Virus record (IMG/VR): IMGVR_UViG_3300027782_000075
DNA from: an uncultured virus (IMG/VR IMGVR_UViG_3300027782_000075)
Lineage: Duplodnaviria; Heunggongvirae; Uroviricota; Caudoviricetes
Direction: 5' to 3' (one strand)
Length of the DNA: 64,000 nucleotides
The position numbers and the translations under genes were made by a program. Numbering within the stretch: the stretch's first letter is position 1; each line of letters starts with the position of its first letter. The notes under the pieces were generated by a model. The model was not told where the DNA came from. It worked only from the letters and a program-made list of their open reading frames with translations, and ran no database searches. Of this stretch, positions 55,269 through 64,000 are shown piece after piece.

Positions 55269-55451
55269 TTGGTCTTTAATACTTTGAATATATTTCGCTT
55301 TTAGAATCTGTGCTCTTCTAAGTACAGATTTTTTTGTATATTCTCTTTTCTCGAATAAAATCTGATTTTGCTTTGTTTTGATTACTTTTGACTTTAGGGT
55401 TTTGAGGGCTTTCTCAATATTGTTACCCTGATTAATTTTAATTATTATCAT
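55260..55451 (-). CDS. rpsU: Ribosomal protein bS21 homolog
   Basis: NIEKALK.LK.KV.KT.....L..K.EYTKKSV.RR....KAKY; located between portal and prohead protease. Confidence 0.85.
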   Translation of the reverse strand: MIIIKINQGNNIEKALKTLKSKVIKTKQNQILFEKREYTKKSVLRRAQILKAKYIQSIKDQSN

Positions 55452-55550
55452 ATATTAGAAATATCTTCAAGTATAAAAAAATTTTGACATTTATGTATAT
55501 ATTGTATATTTTTTCATTAACAAAAATAAACATACGTAATATCATTATTA

Positions 55551-55988
55551 ATGAAAAAAGGAAAAAGTGTTAAACTTAACCTATTCAATCCTATTAAGTC
55601 CCAATACGGGACAGTAGATTCCAAAAACTTAAAATCGGTTTATATAAATATTCAATCATGGGTTACACCAAAAGATGAGTTAGATAATTGGAACCGAATT
55701 GTATCTGGTTTAGGAAGAGAAATAAAAAATTCAGTTTTTGAATCAATTGATTCAAAAATTTTTCAAGAAAAAAATATTGTTGATTTGGACCTAAGAACAA
55801 GTGGAATTTCTAAAGGGAAAAAATCATTTTTCAACTTAGAAATTAATCTATACACTCTCCGAGAGATGGATTTCAAATCTGATGAAATAAAAGAATCCAT
55901 AAAAAACATTGTCAAATCAATCTATAAAAATAACGTAGTTCAGAACAAATACTTCGAATTTTCAATTTCTAAAAAAGACGAAATTTAG
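55551..55988 (+). CDS. Hypothetical protein
   Basis: 145-aa ORF. Confidence 0.7.
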   Translation: MKKGKSVKLNLFNPIKSQYGTVDSKNLKSVYINIQSWVTPKDELDNWNRIVSGLGREIKNSVFESIDSKIFQEKNIVDLDLRTSGISKGKKSFFNLEINLYTLREMDFKSDEIKESIKNIVKSIYKNNVVQNKYFEFSISKKDEI

Positions 55989-56027
55989 CAAACTATCTGA
56001 ATCCGTATATTTATCTTAAAAGATTAG

Positions 56028-56744
56028 ATGAAAAATTTAAGAATTTTAGAAGCGAGCGAGCTTGGCCACGGTATATTAATTGAAATGGACGCTGGTTGGG
56101 TTTCTCCGAAAGATGCTCAGAATATTGACATTATAAAAGAAGCATCCAATTTAGATTATAGAAATCCATTTGAATTTTACGCAGTACTTCAAAAATATGA
56201 TACTCCAAATAGAAATGGTAGAACATATCCTGAGAGGATTCTAAAAAGAGAGGCAGATAGATATAAACAATCTATTTCTAAGGGGTTGTCAACATCTGAA
56301 TTAAATCACCCTGAATCATCATTAATTGACTTGGACAGAGTATCTCACATCATTACCGATATATGGTGGGATAAAAATATACTCATGGGAAAACTCAAAT
56401 TATTGACATCTCCAGGGTTTCACGAAAGAGGGATTGTTTCGACTAAAGGAGACCAAGCCGCCAACCTAATGAGACAAGGGGTAACTTTAGGTATTTCTTC
56501 AAGAGGTGTTGGGTCGTTGAAGAAAGTAGGAGAAAGAAATGAAGTACAAGATGACTTTGAACTAATCTGTTTTGATTTGGTATCTTCACCTTCAACTCCA
56601 GGAGCATATCTTTTTACTAATCCTGATGAACGAAGTAAATATGAAGAAAATTTAGAGGAGGAAATAAAATCTAAACAAAATAATGAGTACGCTGAAAAGT
56701 CAGTTGACTTAATGAAAAAATTAGACGATTTTTTAAGAAAATAA
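56028..56744 (+). CDS. Prohead core protease (T4 gp21-like)
   Basis: Motifs NRNGRTYP, ELNHP, GISSRGVGS and DLVSSPS. Confidence 0.93.
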   Translation: MKNLRILEASELGHGILIEMDAGWVSPKDAQNIDIIKEASNLDYRNPFEFYAVLQKYDTPNRNGRTYPERILKREADRYKQSISKGLSTSELNHPESSLIDLDRVSHIITDIWWDKNILMGKLKLLTSPGFHERGIVSTKGDQAANLMRQGVTLGISSRGVGSLKKVGERNEVQDDFELICFDLVSSPSTPGAYLFTNPDERSKYEENLEEEIKSKQNNEYAEKSVDLMKKLDDFLRK

Positions 56745-56748
56745 AATT

Positions 56749-56958
56749 ATGGAAGAAAAATATTTTGTAGCAAAAATTCAGTACGATTTTCCTGATGAAA
56801 ACACAGGTAAGATTAAAAAAGTTAGAGAAGAGAAACTAGTAAAAGGTTACTCTGTCACAGACGTTGAAGCAAAAGTAACCAAGAAATATGAGGGGTTTAC
56901 TCATGATTGGAGAATCACTGCTGTGTCTGAAAGTAAAATCGACGAGGTAATTGAGTAA
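56749..56958 (+). CDS. Small conserved protein
   Basis: SVTDVEAKV...I.AV.ESKI. Confidence 0.65.
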   Translation: MEEKYFVAKIQYDFPDENTGKIKKVREEKLVKGYSVTDVEAKVTKKYEGFTHDWRITAVSESKIDEVIE

Positions 56959-57083
56959 TCAACATTATTAAACTGAAACAAATGAAGTGGTCTATTGACC
57001 ACTTTTTTTATTTTAGGGATATCGTGAAATGACTTTTTTTCATTTTGGTACTATTTATATGATAAATTAAACAATTTTTTTCT

Positions 57084-58622
57084 ATGCAAGAAAATAAAAA
57101 CTTAGTACAGGAGGCGTTAATTCAAATGAAAAATGTTGAAGAAGCTATCGCCCAGAACGCAAAAGGAATACTTGCTTCTACTATGAAGGAAGAAATCAAC
57201 CAATTAGTAAAAGAATCTCTATCAGAACAAGACATGGAAGATGAGGTTGAATTAGATACAGACATCGAAATGGATGAACCTGTTGATAATGAAGATGATA
57301 TGGAAATGGACATGGAATTTGACATGGACATGGATATGGATTCAGAAGAAAGTCCAATAGATTTGACTGACGCTTCTGACGAAGAAATTCTGAAGGTGTT
57401 CAAGGCCATGGGTGAAGAAGATGGCATCATCGTAAAAAAAGATGGTGAAGATATTCACTTAACCGATAATGACACCGATTCTGAATACTTAGTTAAGCTT
57501 GGTGAGTCTGAAGAAGACGAAGAAGAATTAGACGAAACAATGCACATGGATGAAATGGATGACATGGATCTTGACACAGAAGATGTTATCAATGCAATTT
57601 TCTCTAAAGATGGCGATGTTGAAGACATCGACATGGAGGATGAAGAAGTTATGTACGAAATTGAATTTAACGAAGAAGATGATGACATGATGGAACAAGA
57701 AGATGATGACATGATGGAAGAAGAAGATGACGACATGATGGAAGAAGAAGATTTGGACGAATCTTACAACCACAGAAGATCTGTTAGAGAAGGTAAATCG
57801 ACAGTAAAACCTAAGGGTGTTGGAATTGGGTCTGGACCAAAATTCACTTACAAAGATAAAGCTAAAGGCGGATTCGATGAAAAGAAGAAAGAAGGACCAA
57901 AATCAGTTGGTACTGGTAAACCAAAATTCGAATACAAGAAAGGTGAAAATATGGAACAAAAATCCAAAGTTGTTAAGGCAGAAACAAAAGAAGGTCAAGG
58001 ATACAAAGACAAAGAGGATGAAAGATTGGCAATGAAACATGGTAAAATTGCTTCAAAAGATCTTAAAACTACTAAGGCTCGTAGAGATGACGCAGGTTTT
58101 GAAAAAAGAGAAACCAAAGAGGCGGCTAGAACTTATGGAATGGGTTCAAAAGAAGGACGAGGACTAAGAAAAGGTATTACTAATAACAGAAATTATGTTT
58201 ATGGTAAAAACGGAGTAAAAGTTGAATCCACAGAATCAGAAGTTAATGTGTTGAGAGAAAAGAATGAAGAGTACAGAAAAGCATTAAATATTTTCAGAGA
58301 AAAACTTAATGAAGTTGCTATCTTCAACTCAAACTTGGCATATGCTACAAGATTGTTCACTGAACATTCGACCACTAAAAAAGAGAAAATTAATATTCTT
58401 AGAAGATTCGATAATGTAGATACTTTGAAAGAATCTAAAAATCTTTATAGGTCAATTAAAGATGAATTGTCTAAAACTGAAAGTACACCAATTAACGAAT
58501 CAGTAGAAGCTAAATTAAACAAGAATGTTTCTACAGGTTCATCAACTACCCTAATTGAATCAAAAACTTATGAGAATCCTCAATTCTTAAGAATGAAAGA
58601 TTTGATGAGTAAAATTGGGTAA
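57084..58622 (+). CDS. Prohead scaffolding/core protein
   Basis: Acidic coiled-coil protein between protease and capsid genes. Confidence 0.7.
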   Translation: MQENKNLVQEALIQMKNVEEAIAQNAKGILASTMKEEINQLVKESLSEQDMEDEVELDTDIEMDEPVDNEDDMEMDMEFDMDMDMDSEESPIDLTDASDEEILKVFKAMGEEDGIIVKKDGEDIHLTDNDTDSEYLVKLGESEEDEEELDETMHMDEMDDMDLDTEDVINAIFSKDGDVEDIDMEDEEVMYEIEFNEEDDDMMEQEDDDMMEEEDDDMMEEEDLDESYNHRRSVREGKSTVKPKGVGIGSGPKFTYKDKAKGGFDEKKKEGPKSVGTGKPKFEYKKGENMEQKSKVVKAETKEGQGYKDKEDERLAMKHGKIASKDLKTTKARRDDAGFEKRETKEAARTYGMGSKEGRGLRKGITNNRNYVYGKNGVKVESTESEVNVLREKNEEYRKALNIFREKLNEVAIFNSNLAYATRLFTEHSTTKKEKINILRRFDNVDTLKESKNLYRSIKDELSKTESTPINESVEAKLNKNVSTGSSTTLIESKTYENPQFLRMKDLMSKIG

Positions 58623-58664
58623 TCAAAATTAAATAAACAAATAAAACAAAACAAAATACTAAAA

Positions 58665-60458
58665 ATGGGAGCATTATTAGAATCAGGTCTTGTAGGTAAC
58701 ATCGGTCTTAAGCACCTTAAAGTTATCAAAGAAGACACAATCAACAAATGGGACAAATTAGGATTCTTAGAGGGTCTTAAGGGTCACATGAGAGAGAACG
58801 TAGCTCAACTTTATGAAAACCAAGCTTCTCACTTAATCAACGAAGCATCATCTACATCTGATACAGGTGCATTTGAGACAGTGGTTTTCCCTATCGTTAG
58901 AAGAGTTTTCTCTAAATTATTAGCAAACGATATCGTTTCAGTACAAGCAATGAACTTACCAATCGGTAAATTATTCTACTTCGTACCTAACATCCAATCT
59001 TATGAGAATGGACAGAATCAACACTGGGCTCCTTACGGATCACCAAACGCTGCGGCTGACCAAACTCCTAATTCAGGATATGATTACAACTTAACTAAAG
59101 ACCTTTACGATAGATTCTACGAAGGTAACGAACCAGCGTTGGATCCACCAGGTTTATTCGACTATTCAAAAGGACAGTTTTCAGCGATTACTGCTGACGT
59201 TACAACTGTAGCATGGGCTGGAAGCAACTTGATTCCTTCAGCGTATACTCTTTCTGATTACAGAAAAGTATTGATAGTTATGTCAGGTTTTGCTTCTGAT
59301 GGAGCAGGTAAGTTAATTGGTCCTGATGGTCAACCAATGGATAACGAAGCATTCTTATCTGATTTGACTGTTTATGGTTCAGCTGGTAACGTTTACACTT
59401 CAGCTAACACATCAAACCCTTACTTATTCAGAGTTGTAACTCAGAGATATGGTAAAGGTATTGTAGAATATGGTAATAACAACCAAACGTTGGTATTCCC
59501 TAACAGTAAGACAGATGGTGGTCAGTTTGACAACGTTTGTGACGCTGAAGGTAAAATCTACTTAGAAGTTGATTTACAAGTACCAGTATGTATCACTTGC
59601 GGTGGTTCATTAGATGGTTACACTGGTTCAACATTCGCGTCAACAATCGCAACTAACTCTCAAGCATTCTCAGCAACTTATAGAATCTATAAGAACTTGG
59701 AATTCGAAGACAGAATTGGTGAAGTTTCTTTTGACCTTATGTCTGTAACAGTTTCTGTAACTGAAAGAAAATTAAGAGCACAGTGGTCTCCAGAAATGGC
59801 ACAGGACGTTGCGGCATTCCACAACATCGACGCTGAGGCTGAATTAACAGCATTGTTATCTGAGCAAGTTGCAGCTGAAATCGATAGAGAAATCTTGAGA
59901 GACCTTAGAAAAGCTGCAGCTTGGAACTTAAGATGGGATTACAATGGATGGAAGAGATTAGGTTCTTCTGCAGTACCTTATACTCAGAAAGACTGGAACC
60001 AAACTCTTATCACAGCAATCAACCAAATTTCTGCACAAATCCACAAGTCAACATTGAGAGGTGGAGCTAACTGGATCGTTGTTTCTTCTGAAATCAGTGC
60101 TATCTTTGATGACTTGGAATACTTCCACGTATCAAACGCAGCTCCTGAGCAGGATCAGTACAACATGGGTATTGAAAGAGTTGGTACATTAGCAGGTCGT
60201 TACCAAGTGTATAGAGACCCTTACTTCCCACCAAACCAAGTATTGATGGGTCACAAAGGAACTTCTCTATTGGACACAGGTTACATCTACGCACCGTATG
60301 TACCTCTACAATTAACTCCTACAATGTACAATCCGTTTAACTTTACTCCGATTAAGGGTATTATGACGAGATACGCTAAGAAAGTTGTCAACAATCGCTT
60401 TTACGGACGAATTACAGTTGATGGTGTTAGAACATTTGACTTGAGAGAATTGAGATAA
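58665..60458 (+). CDS. Major capsid protein (T4 gp23-like)
   Basis: PIVRRVF, SVQAMNLP.G, RKLRAQWS.E.AQD, DAEAEL...LSE....EIDREI, YAPYVPL, GIMTRY. Confidence 0.96.
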   Translation: MGALLESGLVGNIGLKHLKVIKEDTINKWDKLGFLEGLKGHMRENVAQLYENQASHLINEASSTSDTGAFETVVFPIVRRVFSKLLANDIVSVQAMNLPIGKLFYFVPNIQSYENGQNQHWAPYGSPNAAADQTPNSGYDYNLTKDLYDRFYEGNEPALDPPGLFDYSKGQFSAITADVTTVAWAGSNLIPSAYTLSDYRKVLIVMSGFASDGAGKLIGPDGQPMDNEAFLSDLTVYGSAGNVYTSANTSNPYLFRVVTQRYGKGIVEYGNNNQTLVFPNSKTDGGQFDNVCDAEGKIYLEVDLQVPVCITCGGSLDGYTGSTFASTIATNSQAFSATYRIYKNLEFEDRIGEVSFDLMSVTVSVTERKLRAQWSPEMAQDVAAFHNIDAEAELTALLSEQVAAEIDREILRDLRKAAAWNLRWDYNGWKRLGSSAVPYTQKDWNQTLITAINQISAQIHKSTLRGGANWIVVSSEISAIFDDLEYFHVSNAAPEQDQYNMGIERVGTLAGRYQVYRDPYFPPNQVLMGHKGTSLLDTGYIYAPYVPLQLTPTMYNPFNFTPIKGIMTRYAKKVVNNRFYGRITVDGVRTFDLRELR

Positions 60459-60476
60459 TCGAAATTTCGATATGGT

Positions 60477-60506
60477 AAAAAGGGACAAGAAATTGTCCCT
60501 TTTTTT
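60477..60506 (+). terminator. Terminator after major capsid gene
   Basis: AAAAAGGGACAA/TTGTCCCTTTTT. Confidence 0.8.
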
Positions 60507-60537
60507 ATGTTCTGATATTTATAATAAATTGTATATT

Positions 60538-61716
60538 ATGATTAAGCAAACTTGGGAAATATCACAAGAAGAACGAAATAGAATTATTTCACTTCACGAA
60601 TCCGCAACAAAGAATCTTTATTTAGTGTCTGAACAAAATACTGCCGAACCTGAAAAAGATTCAATTAGTTTGACCAAACGGGTTGAATTTCCAAGTGGAT
60701 TTCATAGTTCATCTGCAGTAAATCTTGAAACCCTCATAGATTTGTCCAAAATTGAAGAATTCTTAAAAAAATATAAAGATAAAAAGATAGTTATTAAACT
60801 AAAGTCAAGTGAATCACAGGTTCCAAATAATGATAACGAGGTTACTCCAAAGAAAAGACTTAACCCTGGAGACCTTAGTAAAATGAGATATCAAACTATT
60901 CAAACTTTTATGACTGAATGGTTAAATGGTCTTGTTTCTAAAGGTATTATTTCTCAAGTTCCTAAATTTATAAACACTGAACCTCATATTGACACAACTA
61001 CGCCTTGGGATCCAAAATCATCTCCTAAAGATCCAAAATATACTAAACATCAGTTTGTTGAGATTGAGGTAAACGCGGAAGGTCAGATAGAGCCGAAAAA
61101 AACTTTAACACCTGAGTTTCAGAAGGTCGAAACTTCGAGAACAGAATATTCAACGACAAACAATTATAATACTGCTTTATTTTATAACTATAGTTATGCA
61201 CCAGGTGCTGTCCTTGGTATGAGTCAGTCGGAAGCTGAGTCTTTGCCTGGAGCTTTATTAACTATGAATAGGGAATTTGTACTTGATACTCCAGCACCAA
61301 AATTAAATCTACCATCATTCCCAATAAAAATAACCCCAAATGGTGGACAAACTGTACCCGTAATAGTTTTGAAACAAAAGAAAGGTAATGAAGTACCCGA
61401 TTCACCAAATTATTGGATAAAATGGAACGCATATGTTTCAGACTCATATACCCTTGAAATTCCATTTCCGAAAGATAGTAAAGAATTTCAATCTGCTTGG
61501 CTATTCATGTATTTTTATATTAATTCACCAAATTCATTCCCTCAAGATTGGAAATTTATTGCAAACAAACCTGAAAATGTAGATTGGAATTTAGTTGATG
61601 TTGAATTACAAAGTGGCGGGGAACAAAAATACAGTAAGACTATCGCAACCCAAAAAGATGTATGGAGTAAATATCCTATGGATTGGTATGCTAATATGGT
61701 AAAGAAAGTTTATTGA
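60538..61716 (+). CDS. Probable internal virion protein
   Basis: ISQEERNRIISLH...VSEQ leader; start at MIKQ after TATTTAT. Confidence 0.65.
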   Translation: MIKQTWEISQEERNRIISLHESATKNLYLVSEQNTAEPEKDSISLTKRVEFPSGFHSSSAVNLETLIDLSKIEEFLKKYKDKKIVIKLKSSESQVPNNDNEVTPKKRLNPGDLSKMRYQTIQTFMTEWLNGLVSKGIISQVPKFINTEPHIDTTTPWDPKSSPKDPKYTKHQFVEIEVNAEGQIEPKKTLTPEFQKVETSRTEYSTTNNYNTALFYNYSYAPGAVLGMSQSEAESLPGALLTMNREFVLDTPAPKLNLPSFPIKITPNGGQTVPVIVLKQKKGNEVPDSPNYWIKWNAYVSDSYTLEIPFPKDSKEFQSAWLFMYFYINSPNSFPQDWKFIANKPENVDWNLVDVELQSGGEQKYSKTIATQKDVWSKYPMDWYANMVKKVY

Positions 61717-61721
61717 ATTCA

Positions 61722-62243
61722 TCAATTCAACGCAATAAAAGAGAAATAATAATGATTTTCAGTTTTTTGATAAGAAAGGTAAAATCTTTTTGTTTTCTCA
61801 TCGAGAAGAAGTTCGTTGTGTGATTCGGAATGTTTCCATTTTAAGAAACAATATTTTACAACATCGTATTCTGTCGAAGTTTCCATTGACATCTTGTTCA
61901 AGATTTCTTCGATTTCTTTTACGTTTGAAAACCAATTTCCTATTCCGTCTTTTTTAGGGATATTTATTTTCATAATATTTTCCCCCCCGTATGTAAAATC
62001 AGAAATATACGAATGTATATTTTCATTAAATCCATTGTGACTGTAATCTTCCACTATACTTTTACTACGTAAATCGGCAAATTCTTTCATAGAGTAATCG
62101 ATTTTAACTGGATTCAATCCATTTGAACATCTATACTCATTTAAGATTTGTTCAAAATTAATAATAATGGGAGTACTGTCATTATTTGGATTCTTGAACC
62201 CAAATAATAAAAATGAAAGCAATAGAATAACAATTTTTTTCAC
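61722..62243 (-). CDS. CAP (SCP-like) domain exported protein
   Basis: Signal peptide; LNEYR..NGL, YSH, GENI, W.HS.SH..LLL. Confidence 0.75.
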   Translation of the reverse strand: MKKIVILLLSFLLFGFKNPNNDSTPIIINFEQILNEYRCSNGLNPVKIDYSMKEFADLRSKSIVEDYSHNGFNENIHSYISDFTYGGENIMKINIPKKDGIGNWFSNVKEIEEILNKMSMETSTEYDVVKYCFLKWKHSESHNELLLDEKTKRFYLSYQKTENHYYFSFIALN

Positions 62244-62248
62244 AAAGA

Positions 62249-62473
62249 TTATTTTTTTTCAGTAAAGTGGTTATTCATTATTCTTAATGATTTAGAAACA
62301 ATTTCAGATTCTTGTAATGAGAAAATTCTTGAATTGTGAGAGTATTCTAATGCTTTGATAATCATGTAATATGCCTGTTCCAAGTTCATGTCATCACACA
62401 GGGTGTTTACATCGTTTGGAGTGTAATACGCGATACTATCGAATAGTAATCCTATTGGTTGTTTTTGTTCCAT
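62249..62473 (-). CDS. Hypothetical protein
   Basis: 74-aa ORF. Confidence 0.55.
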   Translation of the reverse strand: MEQKQPIGLLFDSIAYYTPNDVNTLCDDMNLEQAYYMIIKALEYSHNSRIFSLQESEIVSKSLRIMNNHFTEKK

Positions 62474-62510
62474 TATTTTGAATTGACGGTATATTTATTG
62501 TTACAAAGTT

Positions 62511-63197
62511 ATGAAAAAAAATTCAATAAAAGAAGCGACAGGTTCTGGTAGTTCCGGAAAATTTAAGGTACCTATTGTTCTTGCCCCACAGCCATGGGAA
62601 AAGAATCAATTAGCACCATTCACAGACCCTTTATATTCGTATACAAATGCCGAATTAGCCTACGAAGAAGCGGACGGAGACTTCATAGAATCTCCTGAAA
62701 AAAGGGCTCAAATTGAAAAAAGAACTAAAAAATTATCTAAAATGACTGATTATTTGAAACAATTTTATACTGGACAAAATGACGAAGAGGGATCGGCACT
62801 TAATCCAACTATGAGTGGTGACCCATTAAAAGAATCATTATTGAAAGAAGATTTGGCGGTTTGGTTCGGTACTAAGAAAAAACCTAAAGGATCGAAACAG
62901 CCTTCAGGACCATGGGTTAATATTTGTAGAAAAAAGGAAGGAGGAGGGCATCCTCCTTGTGGTAGACCTGAAGCAGATAGTAAGGGATATCCTAAATGTC
63001 GTGCTAAAGGAGTCGCCGCAAACATGACCGACGCCCAAAAGAAATCAGCATGTTCACAGAAAAGACGTGCCGAGAAAAAAGACCCCAAAGTTGGAACTGG
63101 AAACAAACCAACTATGACATCTTATAAACCAAAAAAATCCCAAAATGAATCATTAAGGGATTTAATTCTTAAAATTTTGAAAGAAAACATTAGATAA
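62511..63197 (+). CDS. Conserved phage protein with basic C-terminal domain
   Basis: EDLAVWF, WVNIC, CGR, YPKCR. Confidence 0.65.
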   Translation: MKKNSIKEATGSGSSGKFKVPIVLAPQPWEKNQLAPFTDPLYSYTNAELAYEEADGDFIESPEKRAQIEKRTKKLSKMTDYLKQFYTGQNDEEGSALNPTMSGDPLKESLLKEDLAVWFGTKKKPKGSKQPSGPWVNICRKKEGGGHPPCGRPEADSKGYPKCRAKGVAANMTDAQKKSACSQKRRAEKKDPKVGTGNKPTMTSYKPKKSQNESLRDLILKILKENIR

Positions 63198-63585
63198 GCT
63201 TTTCTAAAATTTTCTTCAGTGAGTGTTGTACTTGGCTATGCATTTCCTTTTCAAATTTCATTCTTGCTTCTTCTACTTTGTTATCAAACATTCTGTTTAA
63301 TTTCTCAGACATCAAATCAGAAACTACAATGTCGTAGTTATACACGTGATTTGTTATATTTATCCTGTTTTCGTGAAGAACCACAAACATTTGTAGAAAC
63401 TCATTTTTGATATATCTTTTTTGTGAGAGAGGGGCAATTAAAAATTTAGAACTTTCATGATTGATTAACTTACGGCAAATTGAAGATGCAGTTTTTTCAT
63501 TCTCATCAAGTTCTACTTGTGGTACAAGTTTTCTTTTGAATCTAATAAAAAATCTAGTCCAAATTTTTTTGAAGAATTTTTTCAT
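63190..63585 (-). CDS. Hypothetical protein
   Basis: 131-aa ORF. Confidence 0.6.
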   Translation of the reverse strand: MKKFFKKIWTRFFIRFKRKLVPQVELDENEKTASSICRKLINHESSKFLIAPLSQKRYIKNEFLQMFVVLHENRINITNHVYNYDIVVSDLMSEKLNRMFDNKVEEARMKFEKEMHSQVQHSLKKILEKLI

Positions 63586-63670
63586 GATGATGGGTATGAT
63601 TTGATAGTCTTACAAAAGTAATAAAATTCTTCGACAAAAAAAAGAAGAACCTAAATTCTTCTTTTTATTT

Positions 63671-63997
63671 TTAACAATAAGCCCCTGAGCAATGTTTTTT
63701 ACCGTCTAAACCCGGCATCTTACCTTTACATACTTGGACTCCATAACCGTTCGAATAAGCGGAAGGAAAAACTTTGAATTTCCCTTTCGCAGCCGCGAGT
63801 CCTCTAGCACAAAGTTTGGTTCCAGTTTTCTTTCTACCTTCAGTCATTTCTTCATAATCAACATATTGGTCCATTTTTCTTTTCTCATTCATTATGAAAT
63901 CAAAAACTTGGTCCATGTTTGTCTTTGCTTCTGAAACGTGGTCGTCAGCCCAATCATGTCCATCTTGTATAATTTGGTCAATCATTTCTTCATCCAT
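63671..63997 (-). CDS. Hypothetical protein, probably continues beyond the window
   Basis: LCARG..AAK.KFKVFPSAY.NGY.VQVCKG. Confidence 0.6.
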   Translation of the reverse strand: MDEEMIDQIIQDGHDWADDHVSEAKTNMDQVFDFIMNEKRKMDQYVDYEEMTEGRKKTGTKLCARGLAAAKGKFKVFPSAYSNGYGVQVCKGKMPGLDGKKHCSGAYC

Positions 63998-64000
63998 TTC

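Noticed and set aside
1..64000. Stop-codon reassignment (code 15 or 4)
   Set aside because: Core genes are intact in code 11, TAG and TGA terminate genes at sensible places, and no suppressor tRNA was seen.

Overview
This window comes from a large, AT-rich, T4-like (probably jumbo) dsDNA phage read in the standard genetic code. The host is most likely a Bacteroidota/Flavobacteriia bacterium, based on TAnnTTTG promoters, mostly SD-less starts, a Flavobacterium-type bS21 and a Lacal_2735-like gene. The right end holds the head module (terminase, portal, antisense bS21, prohead protease, scaffold, major capsid). The middle (26.3-35.3 kb) is an RNA-gene island with about 13 tRNAs, including a group I intron-split tRNA-Leu(UAA) and a tRNA-Asp with a giant variable region. 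It also has three tRNA-like RNAs sharing an AGTCAGG acceptor strand, several unexplained structured RNAs, and an apparent leader-peptide attenuator in front of the tRNA genes. Elsewhere are tmRNA, ClpP, a ClpC-like ATPase with a UVR partner, RNA-repair enzymes, thyA, two DNA methyltransferases, an endolysin and an envelope operon (cohesin/dockerin protein, CsgG-like protein, beta-barrel). The most striking candidate novelties are RNA-level: (1) a translation-sensing attenuator controlling phage tRNAs; (2) a hairpin leader RNA whose loop is antisense to the start regions of two distant late genes; (3) a set of tRNA mimics and tandem-loop small RNAs. All calls are by eye; no searches or folding programs were run.
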